Assembly (NCBI RefSeq): GCF_009914755.1
Contig: NC_060928.1
Reading direction: 5' to 3' (one strand)
Length of the DNA: 64,000 bases
Source of the DNA: the human T2T-CHM13v2.0 reference genome, Homo sapiens
Shown here: positions 15,381 to 32,550 of the stretch, piece after piece
Layout of the letters: the number at the start of each line of letters is the position of its first letter
Position numbering within the stretch: position 1 is the stretch's first letter
Position numbers and translations under genes: made by a program
Notes under the pieces: generated by a model
Told to the model about the DNA's origin: nothing
The model's database searches: none
Seen by the model: only the letters and a program-made list of their open reading frames with translations

Positions 15381-16719
15381 CAAATTTATGATACATTATT
15401 TTAAACGTTATTATAAATGCTTACATTATATACATATGCGTTATATATGTATATAGATATAACTTAGCTGCATATCTAATGATGATTATACTCTTCTATT
15501 TCTACATTAAATATATTTTTATGTGTTCTTTTGAAAAGTTCGATTACTAGAACCAACAATATTTCTTCATTTTATGAGATGGTTCTCACATTAAAGGAAG
15601 AAAAATGCCACGACGTCTTTCTCTTCAGTAGTAGGAACAAGTGAGAGAATTAATTGTTTTAAAATGACTGTTGAAGAATGATGAGAGGCTCTCTGTACAA
15701 TAAACAAGCCAAACTCAAATATATGGCTAGAGTTCTGGGTTGTTAATGCACACACTATAAACTTTTATGTTGGGAAATCAAGCTAGTGATGTCCAAAAAT
15801 CATTTCTTTTTTAGATTTCCAGAAATTCATGACCAAGAATGGTTTAGCTCATGTGCATATTACCTTTGGACACAGATCAAGCAAACAAATATAAAAAACC
15901 AAGTGAAAAATGTTTGTCAGGCTTTGTTAAACGGTGAAACAGGATACAGTCTTATTTTAAGAGCAGACGAAAATTTGCATTTTATTTCAATTTGCCAAAC
16001 CAATTTTTGTAGAACCTCATCATAGCAACATTCTTGTGGCAAGTAAAGTCAGCATGTTGTTCCTATCAGTAGAGGGGGAATCAGAAACAGATTCTGGACA
16101 TATTCCAATTTCAAGGGGTTCAGAAAGAAAATTAAAATTAAACTTCAAAGCTGAAGTGCTCAAGACTAAACTAGACTAATAATACATAAAGTGGAAAATT
16201 AAGTAATTCTAAATGTCATGGGCATGTGAATATCACTGACTCATCTTTAATTTTATAGAATGATAAGTTAGTGTTATAAGTGACGAGATTAATTCAAGCT
16301 GACTAACACAGGTTGATCATTTTGTTATTTATGTTTTTGTTTCCCTCTTTTATTTTTGTTAACAAGCTTAGTGCTTGGCAATAATAAATGGGTAGCTCAA
16401 ATATTATCTTCTCTAAAAAACTTTGTTGATCTTTTCTAAAAATACATACTTGGTTTATTCACACTTCTATGACAACCCTTTTAACTCTGCTTTAAAGTTT
16501 GGATTATGTGTCTATTTCTCTGTGGTTTTTTGGAGTGCAAAGACCATGTTCCCTGTTGGATTTTCCTTTTCTACACAAAGTATGGTATTTGGCATATAAA
16601 CATGTTAAAAGTGGTGAACAAGCATTTCACAAAAGAATTAATGAGTGAAGCAGTAAGTGGGTTCATAGCAACCCTCAGTTGTTGACGGGATCAACTAGAT
16701 TATTACAAGCAAATCCTGT

Positions 16720-17203
16720 TGTTTCATTCATTCATTCTACAAATATTGATCAAGTTCTTGGTATAAATAAAATACCTGGATCCATAGCTGTTCATCAGCC
16801 CTTCATTTAAGGTGTCATCCATGGGAGTGAAGATGAGAGACAAGAAAGTGGTGCCTGAAAGCTCAGCAGTTAGGGAATTTGAGGCCATTCTAGGTTCTAA
16901 AAACACTGTGGTGACCTTAGCTGCTTAAACTTTCTGGTTTTCAGTTTCCTCATTTGTAATACGAAGGGATGGCCTTAATGGTCTTTACATTCCCTGTAAG
17001 TTTAACATTTTATTATGATGATTGATAGTAGTACTGCTGAGGCACAAGCTCTGCAGGGTCCTCATCACATACAGCCTGAGGCAGGGGTATAGAATCATTA
17101 TAAGGATATCAGCACTGAGAGACCGTAATTCTAAAGTCATGCAGGACGCAAAATACAGCAGAGGTGGCACAGAGGCAGAGAGGAGGCACGTGGAGGTGGT
17201 GGG

Positions 17204-17237
<34 letters not shown>

Positions 17238-17965
17238 AAGAGAGAGAGATGGAGAGAAAGTGTGACTGTTCAGGGGAAGAATTTGTAAAACATGACACTG
17301 AAACTCAGTTTTTAAGGATGAATTCTGCAGGGGCACAGCCAGGGGGTGGGTGATTCCAAATGTCAGAAACAGCATGCACAAAAGCATCGAGTTTAGAAAC
17401 AGTGGGGCATAAAGAAAATTGGAAGCACTTAGGTTTTGTTGGAGAATGAATGTGTTTGACAGGTTGACAGGTTGGAGACTGGAACTGTAGGTAAGAGGCT
17501 GACCTAAAGGCTCTGGATTCCAGGCCTGAGGGTACAGACTGCAGTCTATACTCAGAGAGAGATGACAGATGCTGGTTTCAAAAGCTCGTGGCAGCTGCTG
17601 TGGAAGGCGGAACTCAAGGCAGTAAAACTAGGAGCAGTGGGCCTTTTGAGAGCAAACTGAGGTGAGAGGTGAGATCCAGGTGAGAGAGGGAGGGGTAAGA
17701 GACGGGTAAGCTGGAGCTTGGGCAGTGGCATGTAAAAGAGTTCCTAGTGAAGGACATTTAGGAGGAAGAACCAATCGATAGCATTTGGTAATAGACTAGC
17801 ATCAATCATCAGGGAAGAATAGGAACTTTTTTAGGTTGTCCAAGTGAGGGGAGATGATTTTCTTAACAGATACCAGCCACATGGAAGCATAAATATACCT
17901 GTGGTAGAAAGATGATGAATTTGGTTTTGGATAGATTGAATTTGAAGTGCCTTTGGGGCATTCAG
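16720..17965 (-). mobile_element. L2 3' region (fragmented; MIR-like piece at ~16900-17010)
   Basis: ttcattcattcattc tail at 16723 and purine-rich antisense L2 motifs (gatgatgaatttggttttggatagattgaatttgaagtgcc). Confidence 0.65.
17204..17249. repeat. (TG)n(AG)n compound microsatellite
   Basis: Read directly. Confidence 0.9.
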
Positions 17966-17974
17966 AAGGACTAG

Positions 17975-18485
17975 CCCATTGCGTTTAGAATAACATCCAG
18001 AAGCCTTACTAGCCTGGCCCTGAAAGCCCACTGCTGCTGCTCAGCCCTCATCTCCTGCCGCGCCCCTTCATCCTGCCCCTGGCCACTCCACCGTTCCTGC
18101 ACCCCCCGATCCCCTAAAACTAGCCCGCCCCTGAGTTTTGCACTTGCCGTTTGCTCCACTGGCAACAATGTCTCCTCAAACATCTACAGGGCTGGTTTAT
18201 GTGTGTTCAGCCTGTTTATGGAGTCTCCGAAGATCATCTTGACAGAGTCCCCTTCGGAGACCATCCCAAGCTGCATGGCCCTGGGCATTTCTGTCGCGCC
18301 GTGTTTTATTTTCCGCAAAGCTTATACAACTATTTACGGTGATCATGGTTATTTTCGTATTCGCTTGCTCTCTACTTGAGGGAAAAGCTCTGTGAGAACA
18401 GAGAATTGGTTTCGCTTGCCGTTGCGACCCCGCACCTAGCACAGTGCCTGATGTGCACTAACCGCGCTGACGGTTGAGTAACTGT
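17975..18485 (+). mobile_element. L2 3' end, unusually CpG-rich
   Basis: L2 motifs (tttgcacttgccgtttgctcc, cacctagcacagtgcctg) in the expected order. Confidence 0.7.
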
Positions 18486-18569
18486 GCACCTGCCCGTGGA
18501 ACTGTGGAGAGAGCCGGCGGATACGCAGGTGCAGCAGAGCAGGACGGACGGAGGAGCGCATGGACTTGC

Positions 18570-19790
18570 TTCCATTGTTCAAGCGCCTTCATGTAGTCAG
18601 ATATTGCTACAAAATAAGATATTTTAACCACAACTGGTTTTTTCACTCTGACTTCCCCTCTTCCACTCATCTCATGTTAGTTGATATGAAAAAGTGTATT
18701 GGGGACACAGCTAATGAGACATTGAATTAGAATACATTAGATTTGGTTCTAATAGGATGTATTTGTACAATTTGCGACATACATAATCATAAATGCCAAA
18801 TTACATAGAGAAATGCATATTTATTTAGAACGAGAAGAGAAATAATAATACTAGCTTTTGAAAAACTAACAAATATCTAATCTTCACAAAGTCTAGAAAA
18901 TCACGTGTTTTTATGTTGTTTTGCCGGATATTGTTCCATAGTCCTTCTTTTCCTATGTTTTTGGCTGAATAGTATTTAATCTCCTCTTCCAATGGCAGCG
19001 CTTTTGTAATGTCACTTTCTATAAAAAGGAAAGATAATTCTATTTTTCTACTAGTATGGTTGATTTATTTTAAACAGTGTTTAGAAAAGTATTTTTAGCA
19101 TTATAACTTGTTAATGAAACATAAAAATTTCAAGGATTGTTTTCAAATTTAGGAAAAACTTGTTTTTTCTTTTTTTTGTTGCTGTTGTTGTTTTCGAGAC
19201 GGAGTCTCGCTTTGTCACCCAGGTTGGAGTGCAGTGGTGCGATCTTGGCTCACTGCAACCTCTGCCTCTGGGGTTCAAGCGATTCTCCTGCTGGGACTAT
19301 AGGTGCCCCCCCCACTAGGTCCGGCTAATTTTTGTATTTTTAGTAGAAACTGGTTTCACCATGTTGTCCAGGGTGGTCTTGAACTCCTGACTTCAGGTGA
19401 TCCCTCCTCCTCAGCCTCCCAAAGTGCTGGGATTACAGGCGTGAGCCCCCATGCCCGGCTGATCTCGTTTTTCACACAGGGTTTGTTACTTACATGCTTG
19501 CTGTTTTTGGAGCTGCTTCAGATTTGTGCCCTACACATGCAGTAATTCTGATAAATTCTATTTTATGAAATTTTCCACCAAAGTTAATGTACTGATTTCT
19601 ATATATGCTTTATTATATCATATATTTTTGAAAAGAGAGAATTTCCATTACTTGAGAGAAAATTTTCAATTCATACTTTATTCATTCAATTTTTAATTAT
19701 GTACATTTCAAAATGTATTTCTTTTCCATTCCTTGCATGCGTCCGGTGACAGGTCCCCCAGGACATTCTGTCTTGGCCTTGCCCCTTTGT
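18570..19790. mobile_element. Possible ancient DNA-transposon (hAT-like) remnant, interrupted by an Alu
   Basis: Recalled similarity only (aaataagatattttaaccacaactgg...); no terminal repeats verified. Confidence 0.3.
19163..19460 (-). mobile_element. Alu (AluSx-like) with small internal deletion
   Basis: Antisense dimer; gattctcctg joined directly to ctgggact. Confidence 0.93.
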
Positions 19791-19791
19791 C

Positions 19792-20433
<642 letters not shown>

Positions 20434-20904
20434 TATATATATATATCATATCATTATATATGTGATATAACCATAAACTATAAAATATACATTTAAAATA
20501 TTATATATGTAAATATACATTTATGAATTACATTTGAGTTCTTGCTGCCCCTTTTTTTAATGGCAGCATCTAAAAGACTGGAATTTGTCCAAGTAGAAAA
20601 TCCTACTTTTGTTAACCATTACTTGGCTGAATGTCAATAAATGCCCATGGTATGAGAACATGGTTGTTTATAAGAAATCATCAACAGATAACTGTATATT
20701 TATAAACAGTTAACCCTTAAACAACATGGGTTTGAATTGCATGGTCCACTCATAAGCAGATTTTTTCCCTCTCTGCCACCCCTGAGACAGCAAGACCAAG
20801 CCCTCTTCTTCCTCCTCTTCTGCTCAATGTGAAGAAGATGAGAATTAAGACCCTTGTGATGATCCACTTCCACTTAATAGTAAATTTATTTCCTCTGTCT
20901 CTCT

Positions 20905-21046
20905 CTTTTTTTTTTTTTTTTAGTTGTGGGGGGTCTCTCTATTTTGCCGAGGCTGGCCTCAAACTCCTGGGCTCAAATGATCCTCCTGCCTCAGCCTCCC
21001 AAGTAGCTGGGATGTTGAAGCAGGTCACAGGACATCATGCCTGGCT
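20905..21046 (-). mobile_element. Alu left monomer (FLAM-like)
   Basis: Poly-T plus a single antisense arm (ctcctgggctcaaatgatcctcctgcc). Confidence 0.85.
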
Positions 21047-21438
21047 TCCTTGTGATGTTTCAAAATAACATTTTCTTTTCTCTAGTCTCAGGTTTTTTGT
21101 AAAAGTATAGTGAGTATAGTATGTAATACATATAACATGCAAAATATGCATTAGTCAACTATGTTATCAGTAAGGCTACAGGTCAACAGTAGACTATTAG
21201 TAGTTAAGTTTTTTTTTTTTTGTCTTTTTTTTTATTATACTTTAAGTTTTAGGGTACATGTGCACATTGTGCAGGTTAGTTACATATGTATACATGTGCC
21301 ATGCTGGTGCGCTGCACCCACTAACTCGTCATCTAGCATTAGGTATATCTCCCGATGCTATCCCTCCCCCCTCCCCCCACCCCACAACAGTCCCCAGAGT
21401 GTGATATTCCCCTTCCTGTGTCCATGTGATCTCATTGT

Positions 21439-25255
<3,817 letters not shown>

Positions 25256-25318
25256 TGTGATGTTAGCTGGTTATTTTGCTCTTTAGTTGATGCAGTTTCT
25301 TCCTAGTCTCGATGGTCT

Positions 25319-26335
25319 TTACATTTTGGCATGATTTTGCAGCGGCTGGTACCGGTCGTTCCTTTCCATGTTTAGTGCTTCCTTCAGGAGCTCTTGTAAG
25401 GCAGGCCTGGTGGTGACAAAATCTCTCAGCATTTGCTTGTCTGTAAAGTTTTTTATTTCTCCTTCACTTATGAAGCTTAGTTTGGCTGGATATGAAATTC
25501 TGGGTTGAAAATTCTTTTCTTTAAGAATGTTGAATATCGGCCCCCACTCTCTTCTGGCTTGTAGGGTTTCTGCCGAGAGATCTGCTGTTAGTCTGATGGG
25601 CTTCCCTTTGAGGGTAACCCGACCTTTCTCTCTGGCTGCCCTTAACATTTTTTCCTTCATTTCAACTTTGGTGAATCTGACAATTATGTGTCTTGGAGTT
25701 GCTCTTCTCAAGGAGTATCTTTGTGGCATTCTCTGTATTTCCTGAATCTGAACGTTGGCCTGCCTTTCTACATTGGGGAAGTTCTCCTGGATAATATCCT
25801 GCAGAGTGTTTTCCAACTTGGTTCCATTCTCCCCATCACTTTCAGGTACACCAATCAGATGTAGATTTGGTCTCTTCACATAGTCCCATATTTCTTGGAG
25901 GCTCTGCTCATTTCTTTTTATTCTTTTTCTCTAAACTTCCCTTCTCACTTCATTTCATTCATTTCATCTTCCATCACTGATACCCTTTCTTCCAGTTGAT
26001 CACATTGGCTTCTGAGGCTTCTGCATTCTTCACGTATTTCTCGAGCCTTGGTTTTCAGCTCCATCAGCTCCTTTAAGCACTTCTCTGTATTGGTTATTCT
26101 AGTTATACATTCTTCTAAATTTTTTTTCAAAGTTTTCAACTTCTTTGCCTTTGGTTTGAATGTCCTCCCGTAGCTCAGAGTAATTTGATCGTCTGAAGCC
26201 TTCTTCTCTCAGCTCGTCAAAGTCATTCTCCATCCAGCTTTGTTCCATTGCTGGTGACGAACTGCGTTCCTTTGGAGGAGGAGAGGCGCTCTGCTTTTTA
26301 GAGTTTCCAGTTTTTCTGTTCTGTTTTTTCCCCAT
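25319..26335 (-). pseudogene. L1 ORF1 (RNA chaperone), disrupted
   Basis: MGKKQNRKTGNSK... to ...YQPLQNHAKM in three pieces; homopolymer frameshifts and a TGA after MNEMK. Confidence 0.95.
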
Positions 26336-27242
26336 CTTTGTGGTTTTATCTACTTTTGGTCTTTGATGATGGTGATGTACAGATGGGTTTTTGGTGTGGA
26401 TGTCCTTTCTGTTTGTTAGTTTTCCTTCTAACAGAGAGGACCCTCAGCTGCAGGTCTGTTGGAGTACCCTGCCGTGTGAGATGTCAGTGTGCCCCTGCTG
26501 GGGGGTGCCTCCCAGTTAGGCTACTCAGGGGTCAGGGGTCAGGGACCCATTTGAGGAGGCAGTCTGCCCGTTCTCAGATCTCCAGCTGCGTGCTGGGAGA
26601 ACCACTGCTCTCTTCAAAGCTGTCAGACAGGGACATTTAAGTCTGCAGCGGTTACTGCTGTCTTTTTGTTTGTCTGTGCCCTGCCCCCAGAGGTGGAGCC
26701 TACAGAGGCAGGCAGGCCTCCTTGAGCTGTGGTGGGCTCCACCCAGTTCGAGCTTCCTGGCTGCTTTGTTTACCTAATCAAGCCTGGGCAATGGTGGGCG
26801 CCCCTCCCCCAGCCTCGCTGCCGCCTTGCAGTTTGATCTCAGACTGCTGTGCTAGCAATCAGCGAGACTCCGTGGGCGTAGGACCCTCCAAGCCAGGTGC
26901 AGGATATAATCTCCTGGTGTGCCATTTTTTAAGCCCGTCGGAAAAGTGCAGTATTCGGGTGGGAGTGACCTGATTTTCCAGGTGCCGTCGGTCACCCCTT
27001 TCTTTGACTCAGAAAGGGAACTCCCTGACCCCTTGCGCTTCCCAAGTGAGGCAATGCCTCGCCCTGCTTCCGCTCGCGCACGGTGCGCGCACCCACTGAC
27101 CTGAGCCCACTGTCTGGCACTGCCTAGTGAGATGAACCCAGTACCTCAGATGGAAATGCAGAAATCACCGTCTTCTGCGTCGCTCACGCTGGGAGCTGTA
27201 GACCGGAGCTGTTCCTATTCGGCCATCTTTGCTCCTCCCCCC
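26336..27242 (-). promoter_or_regulatory. L1 5' UTR: sense promoter (minus) and antisense promoter (plus)
   Basis: Complete CpG-rich UTR; YY1 motif ggccatctt at 27221-27229 intact; activity inferred from known L1 biology. Confidence 0.85.
26791..26973 (+). CDS. ORF0: L1 ORF0 (antisense ORF), truncated to 60 aa
   Basis: ATG at 26791 gives MVGAPPPASLPPCSLISDCCASNQRDSVGVGPS...IRVGVT*, matching primate ORF0 with an early TGA. Confidence 0.75.
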   Translation: MVGAPPPASLPPCSLISDCCASNQRDSVGVGPSKPGAGYNLLVCHFLSPSEKCSIRVGVT

Positions 27243-28589
27243 TTAGTAGTTAAGTTTTTGAGGAGTCAAAAATTTCAACTCTGTGTCAGTAACCCCCATG
27301 TTGTTCAAGGATCAAATGTATATATTTCCATATGTGTGTTTAGATACATGTATGTGTGTGTGTATATATTCATGCATGTGAGCCTATGTGCGTGTAGACT
27401 ATTCTCTAAAACTCAAAATCAGAGAAAAATAACCTTTGTGTAAAGTAAAATATATCAATGACCATAATCAGATATGAATCATAATTCTAATATGTAGTTG
27501 ACGTATAGAAAAAAGCATAAGAATTTGTATTGATATGTTTATTTAAATTAAATTATAAAATTGCATAGAGTTAGAAAAAGCAAAATTAGTTTATTGCAAT
27601 TATTATTTTCTCAACTTGATATTAATAAAGTTATTTTTATAATAATGGCACATATTAAAAAGCAATTTTACTCTGTCCTTCAGAGCATTTGCTCCACATT
27701 GGAGCTATTTCCATTGTAGATTTTTTTGTAAGGCTATAATTCTATCACATGGGCAGATTGTGCTAAAACAAGCAGAAAGGGTCACAACCTTCTGTCTAAC
27801 CTTTGCTATTTAGAATGAACGCCCAGGGCTTTCGAGAATGTAAATTGTCCTGGCCTGTTCTCTGACAAAATAAGAACATACAGTTGAAGAATTATTTTTT
27901 GTAAAACCTAAATTTGCCTTTTTTCCTCACACTAAGCTCTTCTCAAGTGTTAAGTTTAAAGACAGTTAATTATCAGCTATTCTTTAGAGCACGGGAAAAA
28001 CAGTTTAGTACTCAGTAAAGTGAGCATGCAATCTACCTTATTCCTGTTTTTTTCGATGGATGAATGTGAAGAATTTACACAGTCATGCAAGAGAGGCAAC
28101 GATAGTGTTCTCTTAAGAAGACAAAATTATAAGATTGGAGGTTAACACTTGCTCAACCCAGTAAAAAGGCATTTGGTAGATATTTCTGATCTTTCCCTGA
28201 CTGATGAAAAGTGCTGATATTTCTAAGAAACTGGTAGGAAACTTTAAAAAAAAAAAACTCCCCGAAGCCTACCACCAGGCATGCCATGAACTTTCAGATG
28301 ACACATCGTGCTACTAATTTTTAGTGACCTTTGCTAAATTTATCAAAAAATGCTCTCACTAAATCCATTTCTGTAGAAATAAAGAAAATATCCGTGATGT
28401 GCAAACTCACAGTACAAATCTGTGCGGCTTCTGACTGCAAAAGATCCTGCATATTTCATCAAAGCCTCAGGGTTGTGGTTATTGATGTTTCCCAGAACGT
28501 GGAGTGAAACCCCACACAAACAGATTGCCAAAGGGGAGAAAACTATGATTTGTGAAATTCAACATTATCTCTTGAATGCCTTTGCTTTT

Positions 28590-31155
28590 TATTTTGAACA
28601 GACTTTATTTTTTAGACCAGTTTTAGGATCACAGCAAAATTAAGCAGAGGTATAGAGATTTCCTATATATCCACTGCCCCCATACAGGCATAGCCTCCCC
28701 CATTATCAAAAGCCCCCACAAGAGTGGTAAATGTGTTACAACTGATTAACCTCCATTGACACATCATTCTCACCCCAAATTTACCTTAGGTGTTAGACAT
28801 TCTGTGGGCTTGGAGAAATGTATAATGATGTGTACACACAATTACGGCATTATACAGGGTAGGTTTCTTGTCCTAAACGTTCTCTGTGCTCCACCTATTC
28901 AGTCTCCCTCTCTCTTAAGTCTGGGCAACCATTGATTATTTTTACTGTCTCCATAGTTTGCCTTTAAAAAAATGTCATATAGTGGCTCACGCCTGTAATT
29001 CCAGCACTTTGGGAGGCCGAGGCAGGCAGATCAACGAGGTCAGGAGTTCGAGACCATCCTGGCCAACATGGTGAAACCCTGTCTCTAACAAAAATACAAA
29101 AATTAGCTGGGTGTGGTGATGCTTGCCTGTAATCCCAGCTACTCAGAGGGCTGAGGCAGGAGAATCACTTGAACCAGGGAGTTGACGTTGCAGTGAGCTG
29201 AGATTGCGCCACTGCACTCCAGCCTGGCGAGAGAGCGAGACTCTGTCTAAAAAAAAAAAAAAAAAGTCATATAGTTGGAATCGTGTATTATGTAGCCTTT
29301 TCAATTTGGCTTTTTTCACTTGGTAATATGCATTTAAGTTTCTTCCACATGATTTTATGGCTTGAAAGCTTATTTCTTTTTAACGCTGAGAAAATTTCCA
29401 TTGTCTGGATGTACAACGGCTTATTCCTTCGCCTATTCTAGGCTATCTAAATTTCTTCTAAGTTTTAGCAATTATGAATAGAAATGCTCTAAGTGCAAGT
29501 TTTTATGTAGACATGTTTTCATCTTCTTTGGGTAAATACCAAGGAGAGTGATTATAGTATCATATAATAAAAGAATGTTTAGTTTGGTAAGAAACGGCCA
29601 AACTCTCTTCCAAAGTGACTGCCATTTTGCATTCCCATCAGCAACGAAAGAGAATTCATTGTTCTTTAACCTCACTAGCATTTGGTGTTGGATCTGGAGC
29701 TTGGCCATTACAATAAGTGAGTAGTAATATCTCATTGTTTTAATTTGCATTTCCCTGAGGACGTATGGTATGGAGCATCTTTCACGTGCTTATTTGCCAT
29801 CTGTATATTTTCTTTGGTTGGGTGTCTATTTAGGTCTTTGGACCATTTTTTAATTAAGTTTTTTTTTTTTTATCGTTTAGATTTAAGGGATTCTTTCTAT
29901 ATTTTGAATAGCAGTCCCTTATCAGATATGGCCTCCCACATGAGAATGTAATTCTTCTGACAGTGCCTCTCATGGAGCAGAACTTTTTAATTGTAATGAA
30001 GTTCAGTTTATCAATTGTTTCTCTCAGAGATTATGCTTTTGGTATATCTAAAAAGTCATTGCCAAACTCATGCTAATCTAGATTTTTCTCCTATGTTATC
30101 TTCTAGGAGTTTTATAATTTTGTGTTTTAGAATCCACTTTGAGTTAATTTTTGTGAAGAGTATAAGGTCTGTGTCTAGGTTTATTTATTTTTGCATGTGG
30201 ATGTTCAGTTGTTATAGTACTATTTGTAGAAAAGACTGTTTTTGCTCCATCGTCTTTGCTCCTTTGTCAAAGATCAGTTGGCTCTATTTATGTAGGTCTA
30301 CTTCTGGGCTCCTCATTCTGTTTCTTTGACATGTTTGTCTGTTGTTTTACCAATACCACACTGTCTTGATTACTGTAGCTTTATAGTAAGTCTTGAAATC
30401 TGGTAATATCTGTCCTCCAGCTTTGTTATTCTCCTTCAATATTGTGATGGTTATTGTGAGTCTTTTGCCTTTCCATAGAATCAGTTTGTCAATATACACT
30501 AAAATAACTTGCTGGAATTTTGATTGGGGTTGCATTTAATGTATAGATTCAGATGGGAAGAACTGCCAGTATTTAGCCTCTCTATCCATGAACATGAGAT
30601 GTCTCTATTTATTTAGTTCTTTGATTTTTTTCATCAGAGTTTTGTCATTTTCCTCCTATAAATCTTGTACATATTTTCTTAGATTTATATCTTCGGTATT
30701 TCATTTTGGGTGTGCTCATGTAAATGGTATTATGCTTATAATTTAAAATTGTACTTGTTCATTGCTGGTATATAGGAAAGCAATAGGGTTTCGTATATTA
30801 ACTTTATGTTTTGCCACCTTATGATAAGTTAGTTTCAGGAGGTTTTGTTGGTGTTATTAAGTTATTGTTGTTGATTATTTTTGATTTTCTACATAAATAA
30901 TCATGTCAACTGCAAACAAAGACAGCTTTTTTACTCTATTGGTGTGTTTTATTTATTTATTATTTATTTATTTACTTATTTATTTATTTTCTCATTGCAT
31001 TAGTTAGGGCTTCCAGTGTGCTGTTGAAAAGAAGTGGTGAGAGGTAATATCCTTGCCTTGTTTTTCATCTTAGCACAAAAGTTTCCACTTTCTCACCATT
31101 AAATGTAATGTTAGCTGTATGTTTTTGTAAATATCACTTGTTAGTCTGAAAATGT
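28590..31155 (-). mobile_element. Old L1M (L1MC/MD-like) 3' UTR through ORF2 RT region
   Basis: Colinear degenerate L1; translated remnant [19 protein letters not shown] at 30347-30535. Confidence 0.88.
28984..29265 (+). mobile_element. Alu (AluS), slightly 5'-truncated
   Basis: Dimer with poly-A; TSD gtcatatagt at 28974-28983 and 29266-29275. Confidence 0.95.
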
Positions 31156-31404
31156 CTTTTTATTATTATTATTATACTTTAAGTTTTAGGGTACATGTGC
31201 ACAACGTGCAGGTTTGTTACATATGTATACATGTGCCATGTTGGTGTGCTGCACCCATTAACTCGTCATTTACATTAGGTATATCTCCTAATGCTATCCC
31301 TCCCCACTCCCTCCCACCCCACAACAGGCCCCGCTGTGTGATGTTCCCCTTCCTGTGTCCATGTGTTCTCATTGTTCAGTTCCCACCTATGAGTGAGAAC
31401 ATGC
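31156..31404 (-). mobile_element. 5'-truncated L1PA 3' end (older than L1PA2)
   Basis: (TTA)n tail followed by close similarity to 21231-21467 with older-subfamily differences (caacgtgcaggtttgttac). Confidence 0.92.
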
Positions 31405-31830
31405 CTGCAGGTTCTGTCCATTTGTGGTAGAGGGACATTAAAGTGTTCAACTATAATAGTGAATTTGTTTCTCTTTGTGGTTCTATCAGTGTTTGTCTCA
31501 TAGCTCTAATGTCTGCTCTGAATTCACATAACTACTCCTGCTTTCTCTTGACTAATGTTAGTATGGTGTATTTTTCTCTATTTATTTACTTTTGATCTAT
31601 AGGTATCTTTATATTTAAATTGGATTTCTTGCAAACAATATATAGTTGAGTCTTGTTTTTTGATCCACTCTGCCAATTTCTGACTTTCAATTGGTGCATT
31701 TAGACCATTGATACTCCAAGCGATTACTGATATAGTTGGATTACTGTCTATAATATTTTTTATTCTTTTCTATTTGTTGCCCTTTGCTTCTATTTTTGAA
31801 TTCTACTTCTTTCTGCTTTTTTGTAGCTTG
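31405..31830 (-). mobile_element. Old L1M ORF2 endonuclease-region fragment
   Basis: Degenerate match to the L1PA2 region starting ~24790. Confidence 0.75.
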
Positions 31831-32329
31831 AGTTTGTTTTTTATTGAACAGAATGAACAAGAAGTTGTTGGTTCCTCAAAATCAATTATTATTTTTATAT
31901 CAAACTGGAAAATTAAAACTAAACTTCAAGTTTTATCAGCTTGTTATTTGACAAGTACTTTTTTTTCCCAGGCACTGCCCTTTACATCTAAGCCAATGGG
32001 TTTTCTATCTATCTGTTTCCTACTTTCTAGTTTAGGTTTTAATAGTTTTTAAATCTTTGTGGTTATTATTGATATTCTCAATTTTTACTATTAAAATGAA
32101 GCATTATGGATAGTAAAGCATATTTTGAAGAATTTCTATGGTGATTAAAAATTTTTCTATTTTGTAATATGGTGTTATTTTTACATAGAAAAACACCTGA
32201 TACTTTTGAGACCTCAGTTATCTCTCACATAAACTCTCACTGAATTTATCTGTACCCAAGTCATGGTGTTAAGAAGTCTTGCTGTGAAATGTAGAGGTCA
32301 GTCACATACATGTTGAAATACAACAGAAT

Positions 32330-32550
32330 GTGTGTGGGTTGCTTCCGGGCTCTTCTGCTTACCAGCTGTGTGTCCTTGCACAAGTTAACTAAATTCTTGC
32401 CTGTCAGCTTCTCATCAGTAAACTAGGGAGTATAAAGACAATCCATAGTATTATTGTGGATGTTAGCTAAAATATTTTAATGCAAAGTATCAATTAAAAT
32501 TTTTTGAAATATAATAGATGTCCCAAAATGCTGGCTTACCATTCATTATT
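32330..32550 (+). mobile_element. MIR fragment
   Basis: cttaccagctgtgtgtccttgcacaagttaactaa core. Confidence 0.65.
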
